A stretch of 38,440 nucleotides of DNA from Anaerolineae bacterium (GCA_046760425.1 JBHIEC010000003.1:1-38440), one strand, 5' to 3'; positions 27,201 to 35,058 are shown, numbered from the stretch's first letter. Numbers and translations: made by a program. The notes: generated from the letters alone by a model not told the origin.

Positions 27201-27570
27201 CCACGCATGCTTTAACATCGCCTGCTTGCATCCTGGTGTGTGCCCTCTGAATCGCCTTCTCGAAAGCCTCCACGTCAAACCAGTAATCGCTCTCTTCGTT
27301 GAAGCGCAGGGCGTTGCCCTCGGCCAGGATGTAGTCCTCAGGGCCCAGGACGCGACGCAGTTCGTAGAGGGCGTTGCGCAGGCTGCCCTTGGCCTGCCGC
27401 TCGGGAGTATCTCCCCAGAAGAGGGTGGCCAGCTTCTCTCGTGTATGGGGCTGGCGTGTGGTTACGAGGTAATAAAACAGGGCCTGGGCCTTCAGGGAAG
27501 GGACAACAACAGGTGCACCGTCCCGCACCAGTTTTGGGGAACCAAAGAGGTATACGTTGAGAGTGGACAC
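24223..27570 (-). CDS. AfsR/SARP-family STAND regulator (wHTH-BTAD-AAA ATPase-TPR)
   Basis: TREKLATLFWG, SLRNALYELRR, LYRGDFLEG, Walker A GEVGIGKT, Walker B LFLDDLHWAD, TEGNPFF and many TPRs. Start placed at GTG 27570 behind GAGG. Confidence 0.9.
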   Translation of the reverse strand: MSTLNVYLFGSPKLVRDGAPVVVPSLKAQALFYYLVTTRQPHTREKLATLFWGDTPERQAKGSLRNALYELRRVLGPEDYILAEGNALRFNEESDYWFDVEAFEKAIQRAHTRMQAGDVKACVADLASCVELYRGDFLEGFTLKDSYEFDDWSFFERDRLQRAYLGALAELSQYHSQQGEYEQAIAYAAQILSYDSLQENVHRQLMRLYYAAGNRSAALRQYETCQEILERELGIPPLAETTELYEQILRQELVVPSRVEVVRGPPEVERPPAPPLLAPRPEPEYLRAALVGREEEYTRLAGYLEEARRSRGRLVFVVGEVGIGKTRLVQEVIQEAGPDIHLLMGRCYESQVMEPYQPLVDALRSVLPAIDLDALSISHLWLREVSRLVPELGERLPHLPLNVPLDAAQERSRLFEGVTQFLIGLSRQRPTILFLDDLHWADPATLQLLHYLTRNLARQRVLLLGAYRSEEAQEPLTSLVRNLRQEGLLSIITLDRLPLEAVTAMIRGMAGMTTGGEKFSRRIYSQTEGNPFFIIEVIRSLFEEGLLRQDEHGWTTDWQDFVTEYAQLPIPASVRDVIQSRLDRLDEGARQALETAAVTRHQFYFSTIKQASGQKEEEALDAFDRLLGAQLIREVEVGVRGSKYEFSHELIREVACQSMSGARRQRLHQRVGETLEAEYQDRLDEVVDRLAYHFTQGGVRDKALTYSIRAGDKARTLYANEKAIEHYQRALQLAEEAEDLSTIYEGLGDVYTLLGKHELAVQSYQAVLDCNGSRLGKRRAAEIQRKIGRVYERSGQYDLALSHLLAGKEILATDGPSLEMARLDDGRALIYIRQGRYGEAIELCEHNLAAIERLTQGGDGRRELAWAYNTLGSAYLYQGHYQQAIEHFQRSLALKEELGDALGRATLYNNLGVVHYYRGDYDQANRYYQRGFEIKKKIGDIYGLAISCTNLGLILYHRRDYAQALQHLSEAVRICQDIEAEWLLPEAHRIMAQVYLALGDVAQAQAHGQTALEIAERLGNEVFVGVAHRVLGRIAALGQREWEKAKAHFARSIEIFESLPNEHELGKSCYEYGLALKEQGDGEGAREQLSRAIEIFARSKATGRLERAREVYESI

Positions 27571-27663
27571 AACCGACCTCGCTCGCCAAGCGGAATCCCG
27601 GGCTTTTTTCAGCCATAAACCTGGGAAACGCCTGTCTGGGGTCGGGGGAACGGATTTCAAGTA

Positions 27664-27706
27664 ATGATACCTCTATATCTGCAGTTTGTCAACCGCAGAG
27701 GTATCA
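27664..27706 (-). promoter_or_regulatory. sigma70 promoter of the BTAD regulator overlapped by a 10-bp inverted repeat
   Basis: Minus TTGACA (27687-92)-17-TATCAT (27664-69); IR TGATACCTCT (27665-74) / AGAGGTATCA (27697-706). Confidence 0.65.
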
Positions 27707-27776
27707 CGATAGGGGAGCCGGTCTTTGAGTATATGATACCCCATACCAGTCACGAAATACTCACGAGCCTCTGCAC

Positions 27777-27805
27777 TTGCCAGATTAGCGGCTATGGTTT
27801 ATAAT
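27777..27805 (+). promoter_or_regulatory. sigma70 promoter of the CAP-domain gene
   Basis: TTGCCA-17 bp-TATAAT. Confidence 0.6.
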
Positions 27806-27858
27806 TGGGTTGTGAGGGTGATGATCTCCGCGATCATGGCCAGAGGGGAGCGGGAACT

Positions 27859-28713
27859 ATGAGCAAGGTGGATGGTGTTTTCATCTGCCTGACCCTGATT
27901 CTGATCACGCTCTTTGGGCTCTGTCTCAGCGTGGGGATGGTGAGCCCGTCGCCGACAGAGGGGTTCGACCAGCCAACTCGTCCCGGTCCGTTCATCATGT
28001 ATTTGCCCTTTGTGCAGAGGGCTCTATACCCGCCCCCGCCTCCCACGCCCACCTACGAGCAGGAGGTGGTGGAGCTTGTCAATCAGGAGCGGGCGGCCAG
28101 GGGGCTTCCACCCCTCAAGATCTGCCCGGAACTCATGGCGGCGGCCTCGGGCCACAGTCAGGACATGGCCACCAACGACTTCTTCAGCCACATAGGCTCC
28201 GATGGGTCAAGCCCCTGGGATCGCTTCCGACGAGAGGGCTACCAATTGACCTATGGGGGCGAGGACATTGCCGCCGGTGACACCACCCCTCATGAGGTGG
28301 TGAGCGGCTGGATGAGCAGCCCAGGGCACAGCGGGGTGATCCTGGATCCCAGATACCGTGAGGTGGGGGTGGGCTATGCCTATAGCAGCTTCGGGCACTT
28401 CTGGACCCTGGACGTGGCGTCCAGGGACGGCGTTTACCCGCTGGTCATCGAGGGGGAGGCTCTGGTCACCACCTCACGGGACGTTGACCTCTACGTCTAT
28501 GGTGCCGAGTGGGCCACCCAGATAAGGGTCAGCAACGAGTCCACTTTCGAAGACACTTCCTGGGAGGCCTACACCCCGGCCAGAATCTGGACGCTGACGC
28601 CGGGTCCCGGATGGAAGACGGTCTACGTGGAGTTGCAGCATGAAGATGGCGCCATCCTCGCGGCGGCTGACGATATCTACCTGGCTAACCCTGAACCGCC
28701 GCCCTATCCCTGA
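27859..28713 (+). CDS. Secreted CAP (SCP) domain protein with C-terminal Ig-like domain
   Basis: LVNQERAARGLPPL, HSQDMA..FFSH.G.DG, WMSSPGH and EVGVG motifs; N-terminal hydrophobic segment. Confidence 0.88.
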   Translation: MSKVDGVFICLTLILITLFGLCLSVGMVSPSPTEGFDQPTRPGPFIMYLPFVQRALYPPPPPTPTYEQEVVELVNQERAARGLPPLKICPELMAAASGHSQDMATNDFFSHIGSDGSSPWDRFRREGYQLTYGGEDIAAGDTTPHEVVSGWMSSPGHSGVILDPRYREVGVGYAYSSFGHFWTLDVASRDGVYPLVIEGEALVTTSRDVDLYVYGAEWATQIRVSNESTFEDTSWEAYTPARIWTLTPGPGWKTVYVELQHEDGAILAAADDIYLANPEPPPYP

Positions 28714-28776
28714 CCAGATCTCTGTCGAGCCGTAGTAGAATAGCCTCTGGCGTGGGGCGAAAGGTGGGATAACGAG

Positions 28777-29517
28777 GTGACTGTACTGGTCAAGTTGATT
28801 GTGGATTACGCGCCCTGGCTGTATGGCTTGTGCGCTGTAGGTTTCCTGATTTTCCTCAGAGCCATCTTTCAGGCCAGGCGGGAGCGGGCGCAGGCCCTCT
28901 TCACCCTGGAGAGGGAAGCTGCCTCCAGCCGAGCTAGCCGTGCTGTGCTAGGCATGTTTCTCTCCCTGCTGGCCGCCGGTGGCGTCTTCATGATCGAGAA
29001 CTACCTGGCCCTCCAGATTGATTGGCCCAACCTGGAGGAGGCCTCTGTAAACCCTGTGCTCTTCCTCAGCCCCACGCCCCTGTCGTCCCCCACGCCAACG
29101 CCCCTGCCAACACCCACCTTCACGCCCCGCCCCACCTTCCGCCCTCTGCCGCCCCCCACCGCCACCCCTACCCCGACGCCCCCACCTCCTCCGCCTCCCC
29201 CCTGCCCCGACTCCATCGCCCAGATCACCTATCCTCCCCCGAACGCCACCATCAGTGGGACGGTGGAGATCCGGGGCTCAGCCGCGGCGCCCGATTTTCA
29301 GTTCTACAAGGTGGAGTATGGCGCCGGCGAGGAGCCGACGGCCTGGCACAGCATCAGCGAGGTGCACCGCACGCCGGTGCCTGAGGGGGTGTTGGACGTG
29401 TGGAACACCGATGTCCTGCCGGAGGGGGTCTATCGCCTGAAGCTGACCATCGTGGACATCACGGGCAACTACCCGCCCCACTACATCTGCGAGATCCGCG
29501 TGATCATCCAGCGCTGA
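28777..29517 (+). CDS. Membrane-anchored protein: 2 TM, Pro/Thr linker, Ig-like domain
   Basis: TM segments, PTPTP run, then ITYPPPNATISGTVEIRGSA...W.T..LPEG.Y.LKL. Confidence 0.8.
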   Translation: MTVLVKLIVDYAPWLYGLCAVGFLIFLRAIFQARRERAQALFTLEREAASSRASRAVLGMFLSLLAAGGVFMIENYLALQIDWPNLEEASVNPVLFLSPTPLSSPTPTPLPTPTFTPRPTFRPLPPPTATPTPTPPPPPPPPCPDSIAQITYPPPNATISGTVEIRGSAAAPDFQFYKVEYGAGEEPTAWHSISEVHRTPVPEGVLDVWNTDVLPEGVYRLKLTIVDITGNYPPHYICEIRVIIQR

Positions 29518-29535
29518 GGGGAAGGTGGGGGTTTC

Positions 29536-30729
29536 TCATTTCATTACCAGGGGCAGATAGATCTGATGGGGCGGCGGCAGTTGACGGCAACTGTAGAAGA
29601 TGTCCCCATTGCCCTCTTCTACCTCCTCGGCCCAGGTGGAGTGGATCACGCGATCCCCCTGGGGGAAAAGGGCGGGGTCAGACACACCCGAGGGGTTGTT
29701 GGCGATGCTGGCTGTGGCCGACCAAGAGGAGTTGGACACCTGCCACTCCCGATAGAGGATGCTGGAGGCCGGGCCGGCCTCATCCCAGGCCAGGTGGAGG
29801 TTGCCTCGATCATCTATGGCCAGGCTGGGCAGGTAGGAGTCGTCAGGGGTCTCCGACACGTTCTCCTGAAGTGACCAGAAGCCCACATGCCCGCTGCTGT
29901 AATAGACCTCGTAGTCGGACTCCGCCTCCTCCCAGGCCAGGTGCACAGTGTTGTCGTCAGCCACAGCCAGGGCCAGAAGGGTGGAGTCCTGCTCCGGGCT
30001 GTCAGAGATGTTCTCGGGCAGGGACCATGTGGAGCCATCCCATTGGCTATAGTAGACCTCATAGCGGTCCGTCACGCTGTCCAGATCCTGCCAGGCCACG
30101 TGCACTAGGCCGTCCCTTCCGACGGCGATGGCCGGAGCAGTGCCGTTGGCGCTGGGGATGGGGAAGTTGGACCACAGGACGCCGTCGCTGGACCAGCCGT
30201 GGTAGATGACAGGGGAACCCGGGGAGTTATCAGACCAGACCACATGGCGGGTGCCATCCGGGGCTACAGCTAGGGCGGGGGAGACGGAGACGCCGCTGGT
30301 GCTGGACACGTTGCGGGGCAGGGACCACTGGGTGCCCTGCCAGAAGCTGTAGTAGATCTCGAAGTTGCCGCCAAACTCGTTGCTCCATGCCAGGTGGACC
30401 GTGCCATCGAGCCCGACAGCCAAAGCGGGCTCCTCCCCGGTGGCGGCAAAACCCGGAGTTGACCAGGAGGTGCCGTCCCCGTAGCTGTGGTACAGGAAGG
30501 GCCCCTCCTCCCATACCAGGTGGATGGTGTCCTCACCGTCAACGGCCAGGGCTGGGGCGCGGGAGTCCTCGGCCGAGTGGGAGACGTTGACCTCAGAGGT
30601 CCAGGAAGGGGGGTCAAAGGGAGAGCCCCTTTCTTGGATCTCCGTCCCCCTCCAGCCGGAGACGACCAGAAGCAAAAGGATCAGGGCCAGTCCGACACCT
30701 CTTCTCCTCGGCCACCTCGCGCCTGCCAT
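29536..30729 (-). CDS. Secreted beta-propeller/BNR-like repeat protein with C-terminal YLPLVMK motif
   Basis: About 7 repeats of PALAV..DG.VHLAW...Y; signal peptide. Confidence 0.82.
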   Translation of the reverse strand: MAGARWPRRRGVGLALILLLLVVSGWRGTEIQERGSPFDPPSWTSEVNVSHSAEDSRAPALAVDGEDTIHLVWEEGPFLYHSYGDGTSWSTPGFAATGEEPALAVGLDGTVHLAWSNEFGGNFEIYYSFWQGTQWSLPRNVSSTSGVSVSPALAVAPDGTRHVVWSDNSPGSPVIYHGWSSDGVLWSNFPIPSANGTAPAIAVGRDGLVHVAWQDLDSVTDRYEVYYSQWDGSTWSLPENISDSPEQDSTLLALAVADDNTVHLAWEEAESDYEVYYSSGHVGFWSLQENVSETPDDSYLPSLAIDDRGNLHLAWDEAGPASSILYREWQVSNSSWSATASIANNPSGVSDPALFPQGDRVIHSTWAEEVEEGNGDIFYSCRQLPPPHQIYLPLVMK

Positions 30730-30750
30730 GGCAACCTCTTTCCCCATTCC

Positions 30751-32262
30751 TTACAAATTCCCTCGTTTCACCTCGATCCTCAGGGCCAGAAGGGGCCCCT
30801 CAACCGGGCCTTGGACATCTGCTTCCACCCTGGCCCCCACCTGGACCCGAGCCCGGCTCTGGTCTATAAAGGTCTTCTCGTCAACGATGATGGTCACTGG
30901 CTCTTCCCTGTCACCGCCGTCCTGGACGATGACCCATTGGCCCAGGAGCTGGGGGTCATCGGGCAGGAGCTGGATGAGGCCCTCGATTTTCCTCGTCGCC
31001 AGGGCCATGGTGGGCTCCGCGATCCTGATCTGCTTGGCCAGGAGGACGTAGCTGGACTGCAACAGGGCCCGCACCTCGGCCATGGCCCCCTGGCGGGGCG
31101 TGCCCTCAATGTACGTCTGAGGGTCCACCCGTACGGTGCGGCCACCGATGATCCAGTCGGCGGGCACGGTATAGGTGAAGGCCTCGATGGGCCCCTCAAA
31201 CTCCGTGTAGGCGATGTTCACGGCCTGGGGTTCCACCACGATCTTCCTGGCCAGCACGGTGCCGTCAGCCCGCTGGTAGCCCTGCACCCGGACCGTGGAA
31301 TCCACGGTGAGGGGGCAGGTGATCAGCGGGTCGGCGATGAGGGGGCAGGCGATCACCGTATCAATGTCGAGGGTCACGGTGATACCCCGCACGACGATGT
31401 AGCTGTTATCCTCGGCCTTCTCCTCGATGGTGCCCGCGAACTCGATGGGGCGCCCTTTGTGGTTCACGGGCTTGATGATGCCAATGTAGGTGGCCAGGAG
31501 GGGGGCGTTGGCCACGTCGGTGCTCTGCACCACCACGGCTTTCACCCTGGCCCAGTCGCCTACCTGGGGCCTTACGTTGACCGGCGCGATGATGGTGCGC
31601 TCGTTGACCCTCACCATGCGGCCGCCGATGACCCACTGGCCCAGGAACTCGGGGTCGTCGGGGAGGGCCTCGATGGGCCCCTCGAACTGGATACGGCGGG
31701 GCAGCTCCGGCTTTTCCTCGGTGGAGAAGAAGGCGCTGCAACCCTCGAAGAAGAAGACGGTGATGGTGTAGGGCGATTCGACCGCCCGCCGGGCGAAGGT
31801 GAGCTCCAGCTCGGCCGTGGCGCCCGGCGCCAGGCCGGGCACGGCCACGGCCATCAAGGGCACGATGGTAGCTGGCGAGGTGGCCTCCTCCCCTGCCCAG
31901 AGGTGCATCTCGTTGAATCTGACTTCCCTCAGGGCCCCATTCCTGTCCGCCGGCCAGGCGACCTCTATGGCCTGGAGGGTAACCCCTCTTCGCCCGCTGT
32001 TCTTGAGGGTCAGCACTGCTCTCCCGTCCCGCAGGGCGAAACCCTCCACCGAGACGTCGCACTGCAACGCCCTCGTTACCGGAACGGTGGGCGTCAGCGT
32101 GGGCAGGATGACGGTGGGTGTGATCGTCGTGGCCTGCAGGGATTGCTCCGCTTCCCTTTGGCCCTCGCTGGCGTGGTCGGCCATGGCCACCAAGGAGGTG
32201 ACCAGGGCGAGGAGCATCAGGGCTGAGATGGCTCCCAGGGCTAACTTCTTCATCTGTCTCAT
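30751..32262 (-). CDS. Secreted protein with multiple DUF5666-like (OB-fold) repeats
   Basis: Repeated FEG.IE....W.IGGR.V.V...T.I.G....G..A.V......LLA..I units; signal peptide. Confidence 0.8.
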   Translation of the reverse strand: MRQMKKLALGAISALMLLALVTSLVAMADHASEGQREAEQSLQATTITPTVILPTLTPTVPVTRALQCDVSVEGFALRDGRAVLTLKNSGRRGVTLQAIEVAWPADRNGALREVRFNEMHLWAGEEATSPATIVPLMAVAVPGLAPGATAELELTFARRAVESPYTITVFFFEGCSAFFSTEEKPELPRRIQFEGPIEALPDDPEFLGQWVIGGRMVRVNERTIIAPVNVRPQVGDWARVKAVVVQSTDVANAPLLATYIGIIKPVNHKGRPIEFAGTIEEKAEDNSYIVVRGITVTLDIDTVIACPLIADPLITCPLTVDSTVRVQGYQRADGTVLARKIVVEPQAVNIAYTEFEGPIEAFTYTVPADWIIGGRTVRVDPQTYIEGTPRQGAMAEVRALLQSSYVLLAKQIRIAEPTMALATRKIEGLIQLLPDDPQLLGQWVIVQDGGDREEPVTIIVDEKTFIDQSRARVQVGARVEADVQGPVEGPLLALRIEVKRGNL

Positions 32263-34085
32263 CCCTCTTCCCGTTTCAAAGGTGTAGGTGTCCCCGTCCC
32301 CTCTGCGGTCGCTGTGGGCTCCGCAGAGGCCGGCTCCCCCGTCTCCATCGGGGTCTCGGTGGGCGCGGGCGTCAGCGTAGCGGTGGCGGTGGGTTGCGGG
32401 GTTTCCGTGGGTCCCACCTGGGTGGGCTCGGTGGTCTGGGTCGGAGTCTCGGTGGGCGCGGGCGTCAGCGTGGCGGTGGCCGTGGGTTGCGGGGTTTCCG
32501 TGGGTTCCTGGACCTCGATCCGCGTGGCCAGGAGGGTACCGTCAGCTCGCGCGATGGCCCGCACCTCGGCCATGGCGCCCACGCGGGGCGTGCCCACGAT
32601 GACGGTGTTGGCATCCACCAGCACCGTGCGGCCCGCTACGACCCACGAATCCGGGCCTATGCTCTGGATGGGGCCCTCGAACTCCACTACCTGCTCCTCC
32701 AGGGGCTCGACCACGATGCGCAGGGCCAGCAAGGAGCCGTCGGGCTGGCGCACGGCCCGGACGTGGGCCACGGCCCCCACCTGGGGCGTTCCCTCGATGA
32801 CGGTGTCCTCGTTGATCAGGATCGTCACCCCGCCCACGATCCACACCTTGTCGCTGAAGCTGTCTATGGTGCCCGTGAATTCGATGGGCTGCGGGGGTTT
32901 CTCGGCAGCGCGAGTGATGGTGATGCGCAGGGCCAGCAGGGAACCATCGGGCTGGCGCACGGCCTGGACCACGGCCCAAGCGCCCACCTCGGCCAGTTCC
33001 CCGTGCTCGATGATCGTCTCGTCGTTGATGAGCACCTTCTGCCCGGCGATGGTCCAGCCGTCCTCATCCATAGCCTCGATAAGCCCCTCGAACTTGACCT
33101 TGATGGCCCGAGGTGGCTGGGGCACCGCCGTGGGGGTGGACGTGGCCGTTGGCGTAGGTGTACTGCTGGGTGAGGGGGTCGCCGTGGGCGTGGGGCTGGG
33201 GGTGGGCGAGGGCGAGGGCATCAGCGTCAGCGTCGGCTCCTTCGTCGGTGTGTCGGTGGCGGTAGCCGTCGGCGTGGCGGTGGGCTTCGGCCTGAGCTCA
33301 GGCGTAGCGGTGGGCTGGGGTGGGACCCTGGGTGCCCGCCCTTCCACCGTGATGCGGCGGGCCAGGAGGGAGCCATCGGCCTGGGTCACGGCCTCCACAT
33401 CCGCCCTGAGCCCCACGGCCGGCTCGCCCTCCACCACTGTGTCAGCCTGCAGGATGACTCTGTATCCCCCCACCCACCAGATGGTCTCACTCAGGCTCTG
33501 GATGGGGCCAGGCAGCTCCACCATCACCTGCCGGCCCTGGGCCACCACGGCCTGTACCTCCGCCCGGCGCCGTTCTTGGAACTGGCTTTGCAGGTCGGTC
33601 CTGGCTAGCGGATCGAAGGTGAGGAGCAGTTGGACCTGTTCCGTGGCCCGCTTGATGGGGTAGAGGGGATCGCCGGGCAGGCTGTGGGCGGAGACCGCTA
33701 CCGTTCCGCCGCCCAGCAGGGCGAAGAGCAGGAGGGCGGTGAGGACGGCTGTGGCCAGGCGACCCAGGGCGGGTTGGCCTCTTATCCCCCTCTGCAGCAG
33801 GTCGCCGATCTGCTCCCCTAGTGCCCGCAGCCGCTCAGGCCAGGAAGGAACCTGGGCCTGTCGGCGCCGCGCTGCCTCCTCCAGAAAGCGTCGGCGCCCG
33901 GCGGCTAGCGCCACGGCCGAGGGTGGCGCGGTCTCCTTGAGGATTCTGACGGCCAGGGCCGTGTGCAGCAGGGGCGCTACCTCCGCCGCCTCCTGGGGGT
34001 ACCGGGCCAGGCAGGACTCGAGGCTCTCTCCCCGGCTCAGGCGGGAGAGGCATTCGTCCAGGATGGACGCCACATCCCTTCTCAT
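32259..34085 (-). CDS. Putative anti-sigma factor: N-terminal ASD, TM, DUF5667-like domain, four DUF5666-like repeats, PT linkers
   Basis: ILDECL......ESCLARYP N-terminus and SLPGDPLYPIKRATE; ATGA overlap with the ECF sigma gene. Confidence 0.8.
   Translation of the reverse strand: MRRDVASILDECLSRLSRGESLESCLARYPQEAAEVAPLLHTALAVRILKETAPPSAVALAAGRRRFLEEAARRRQAQVPSWPERLRALGEQIGDLLQRGIRGQPALGRLATAVLTALLLFALLGGGTVAVSAHSLPGDPLYPIKRATEQVQLLLTFDPLARTDLQSQFQERRRAEVQAVVAQGRQVMVELPGPIQSLSETIWWVGGYRVILQADTVVEGEPAVGLRADVEAVTQADGSLLARRITVEGRAPRVPPQPTATPELRPKPTATPTATATDTPTKEPTLTLMPSPSPTPSPTPTATPSPSSTPTPTATSTPTAVPQPPRAIKVKFEGLIEAMDEDGWTIAGQKVLINDETIIEHGELAEVGAWAVVQAVRQPDGSLLALRITITRAAEKPPQPIEFTGTIDSFSDKVWIVGGVTILINEDTVIEGTPQVGAVAHVRAVRQPDGSLLALRIVVEPLEEQVVEFEGPIQSIGPDSWVVAGRTVLVDANTVIVGTPRVGAMAEVRAIARADGTLLATRIEVQEPTETPQPTATATLTPAPTETPTQTTEPTQVGPTETPQPTATATLTPAPTETPMETGEPASAEPTATAEGTGTPTPLKREEG
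32348..32503 (-). repeat. Tandem duplication encoding PTETPQPTATATLTPAPTETP twice
   Basis: Two near-identical ~60-bp units in the anti-sigma C-terminus. Confidence 0.7.
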
Positions 34086-34624
34086 GTCGCCCCTCCCTCC
34101 CCCATGATGCGCCGCAACGCGGCCAGGGCCCGGTGCTGCAGGGCCTTGACGGCCCCCTCGGATTTACCCAGGATCTCCGCCACCTCGGCGTTGCTCATGT
34201 CCTCCACAAATTTGAGAATGATCACCTGTTGTTGGTCCTCGGTGAGGCGACTGATCGCCGCCCGGAGCCGTTGCTGAGCGAGCACGCTCTCCAGACCAAT
34301 GGCCGGGCTGTTTTGGGCGGCAATCAGTCGCTCATCCAAGGGTAAGGCCTCTCGCCTGGGCTGGCGGCGGAAGTAATCAATGACCAGGTTGTGGGCGATG
34401 CGGTACAGCCAGCCCGAAAGGGAGATTTTCCACGCGGCGGAGGCCTTGACCGCTTCCAACATCTTGAGAAAGACATCAGCGGTGAGATCTTCGGCCAGGC
34501 GAGCATCGCCCAGCCGATAGTAGATGTAGTTGTAGATCTTGACGGAGTACTGATCGTAGATCTGGCCCAGGGCCACCGGATCGTACTCCCTTGCCCGCTC
34601 CAGCAGCCGTTTCTCATCGCCCAC
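34082..34624 (-). CDS. ECF RNA polymerase sigma factor
   Basis: AEDLTADVF, WLYRIAHN, LTEDQQQVIILKF and EVAEILGKSEGAVKALQHRA motifs. Confidence 0.93.
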   Translation of the reverse strand: MGDEKRLLERAREYDPVALGQIYDQYSVKIYNYIYYRLGDARLAEDLTADVFLKMLEAVKASAAWKISLSGWLYRIAHNLVIDYFRRQPRREALPLDERLIAAQNSPAIGLESVLAQQRLRAAISRLTEDQQQVIILKFVEDMSNAEVAEILGKSEGAVKALQHRALAALRRIMGEGGAT

Positions 34625-34657
34625 AGGGAAGGCTCCTAATCTTTCCGTCTACCCTCT

Positions 34658-34685
34658 ATGACGTGGAAGCCCAGCAAAAGATACG
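34658..34685 (-). promoter_or_regulatory. Putative autoregulatory ECF promoter CGTATC-N16-CGTCAT
   Basis: Plus-strand GATACG 34680-85 and ATGACG 34658-63; matches the general ECF pattern with a CGT -10. Confidence 0.55.
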
Positions 34686-34710
34686 GCCCTCAGTGAAACC
34701 CCCGGTGTGA

Positions 34711-34778
34711 TGACAAGCGTGCACCGGGCCTTTCTCCCCCAGCCTGCCATTCGCTCATACGCAGGTGCACGCTTGTCA
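34711..34778. mobile_element. 68-bp palindromic micro-element (same family as 637-703)
   Basis: 15-bp IR TGACAAGCGTGCACC/GGTGCACGCTTGTCA; GA...GA duplication; interrupts a CCCCCGG/CCGGGGG hairpin. Confidence 0.8.
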
Positions 34779-34821
34779 GAGCCGGGGGGAAAGGAGCGCG
34801 GGGCTGGAAGCCCCGCGCTGA

Positions 34822-34957
34822 TGACAAGCGCTCGCAGGACAACCTATCGAGCCTGCGGTGATCTTGAGCCCTGACAAGCGGTCACGCTCGCCTTAGCTCA
34901 TTTCAGCTCTTAGCTGTGAGCCGCGTGACCGCTTGTCACCCCTGCGAGCGCTTGTCA
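34822..34957. mobile_element. 67-bp palindromic micro-element carrying a nested second copy
   Basis: 17-bp IR TGACAAGCGCTCGCAGG/CCTGCGAGCGCTTGTCA; GA...GA duplication; 136 bp minus the 69-bp nested insert = 67 bp. Confidence 0.85.
34872..34938. mobile_element. 67-bp nested palindromic micro-element
   Basis: 16-bp IR TGACAAGCGGTCACGC/GCGTGACCGCTTGTCA; CC...CC duplication. Confidence 0.85.
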
Positions 34958-34971
34958 GAGAGAGCAAAGCC

Positions 34972-35020
34972 CCCTCCGACAATCCTTCGACAGAGCTCAG
35001 GACAAGGCTCAGGGCACCGC
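34972..35020. repeat. Nested CCTTCGACA..GCTCAGG-type REP-like repeats
   Basis: CCTCCGACAA-[TCCTTCGACAGAGCTCAGGACAA]-GGCTCAGGGC, with GACAA duplicated around the inner copy. Confidence 0.55.
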
Positions 35021-35058
35021 CTCGGGGGCTAATGATTGTAGCCCAGAGGGCTTCGCTC

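Noticed and set aside
27571-27660. Upstream-extended starts in the ORF track (e.g. 27660, 23470, 17657, 20679, 8565, 7403)
   Set aside because: Downstream starts with RBS and family-typical N-termini fit better; several extensions run through predicted promoters or neighbouring genes.
34711-34957. TGACAAGCG repeats with variable middles as CRISPR repeat-spacer units or attC sites
   Set aside because: The repeats are inverted and nested with TSDs rather than direct. There are no RYYYAAC/GTTRRRY boxes and no cassette ORFs.
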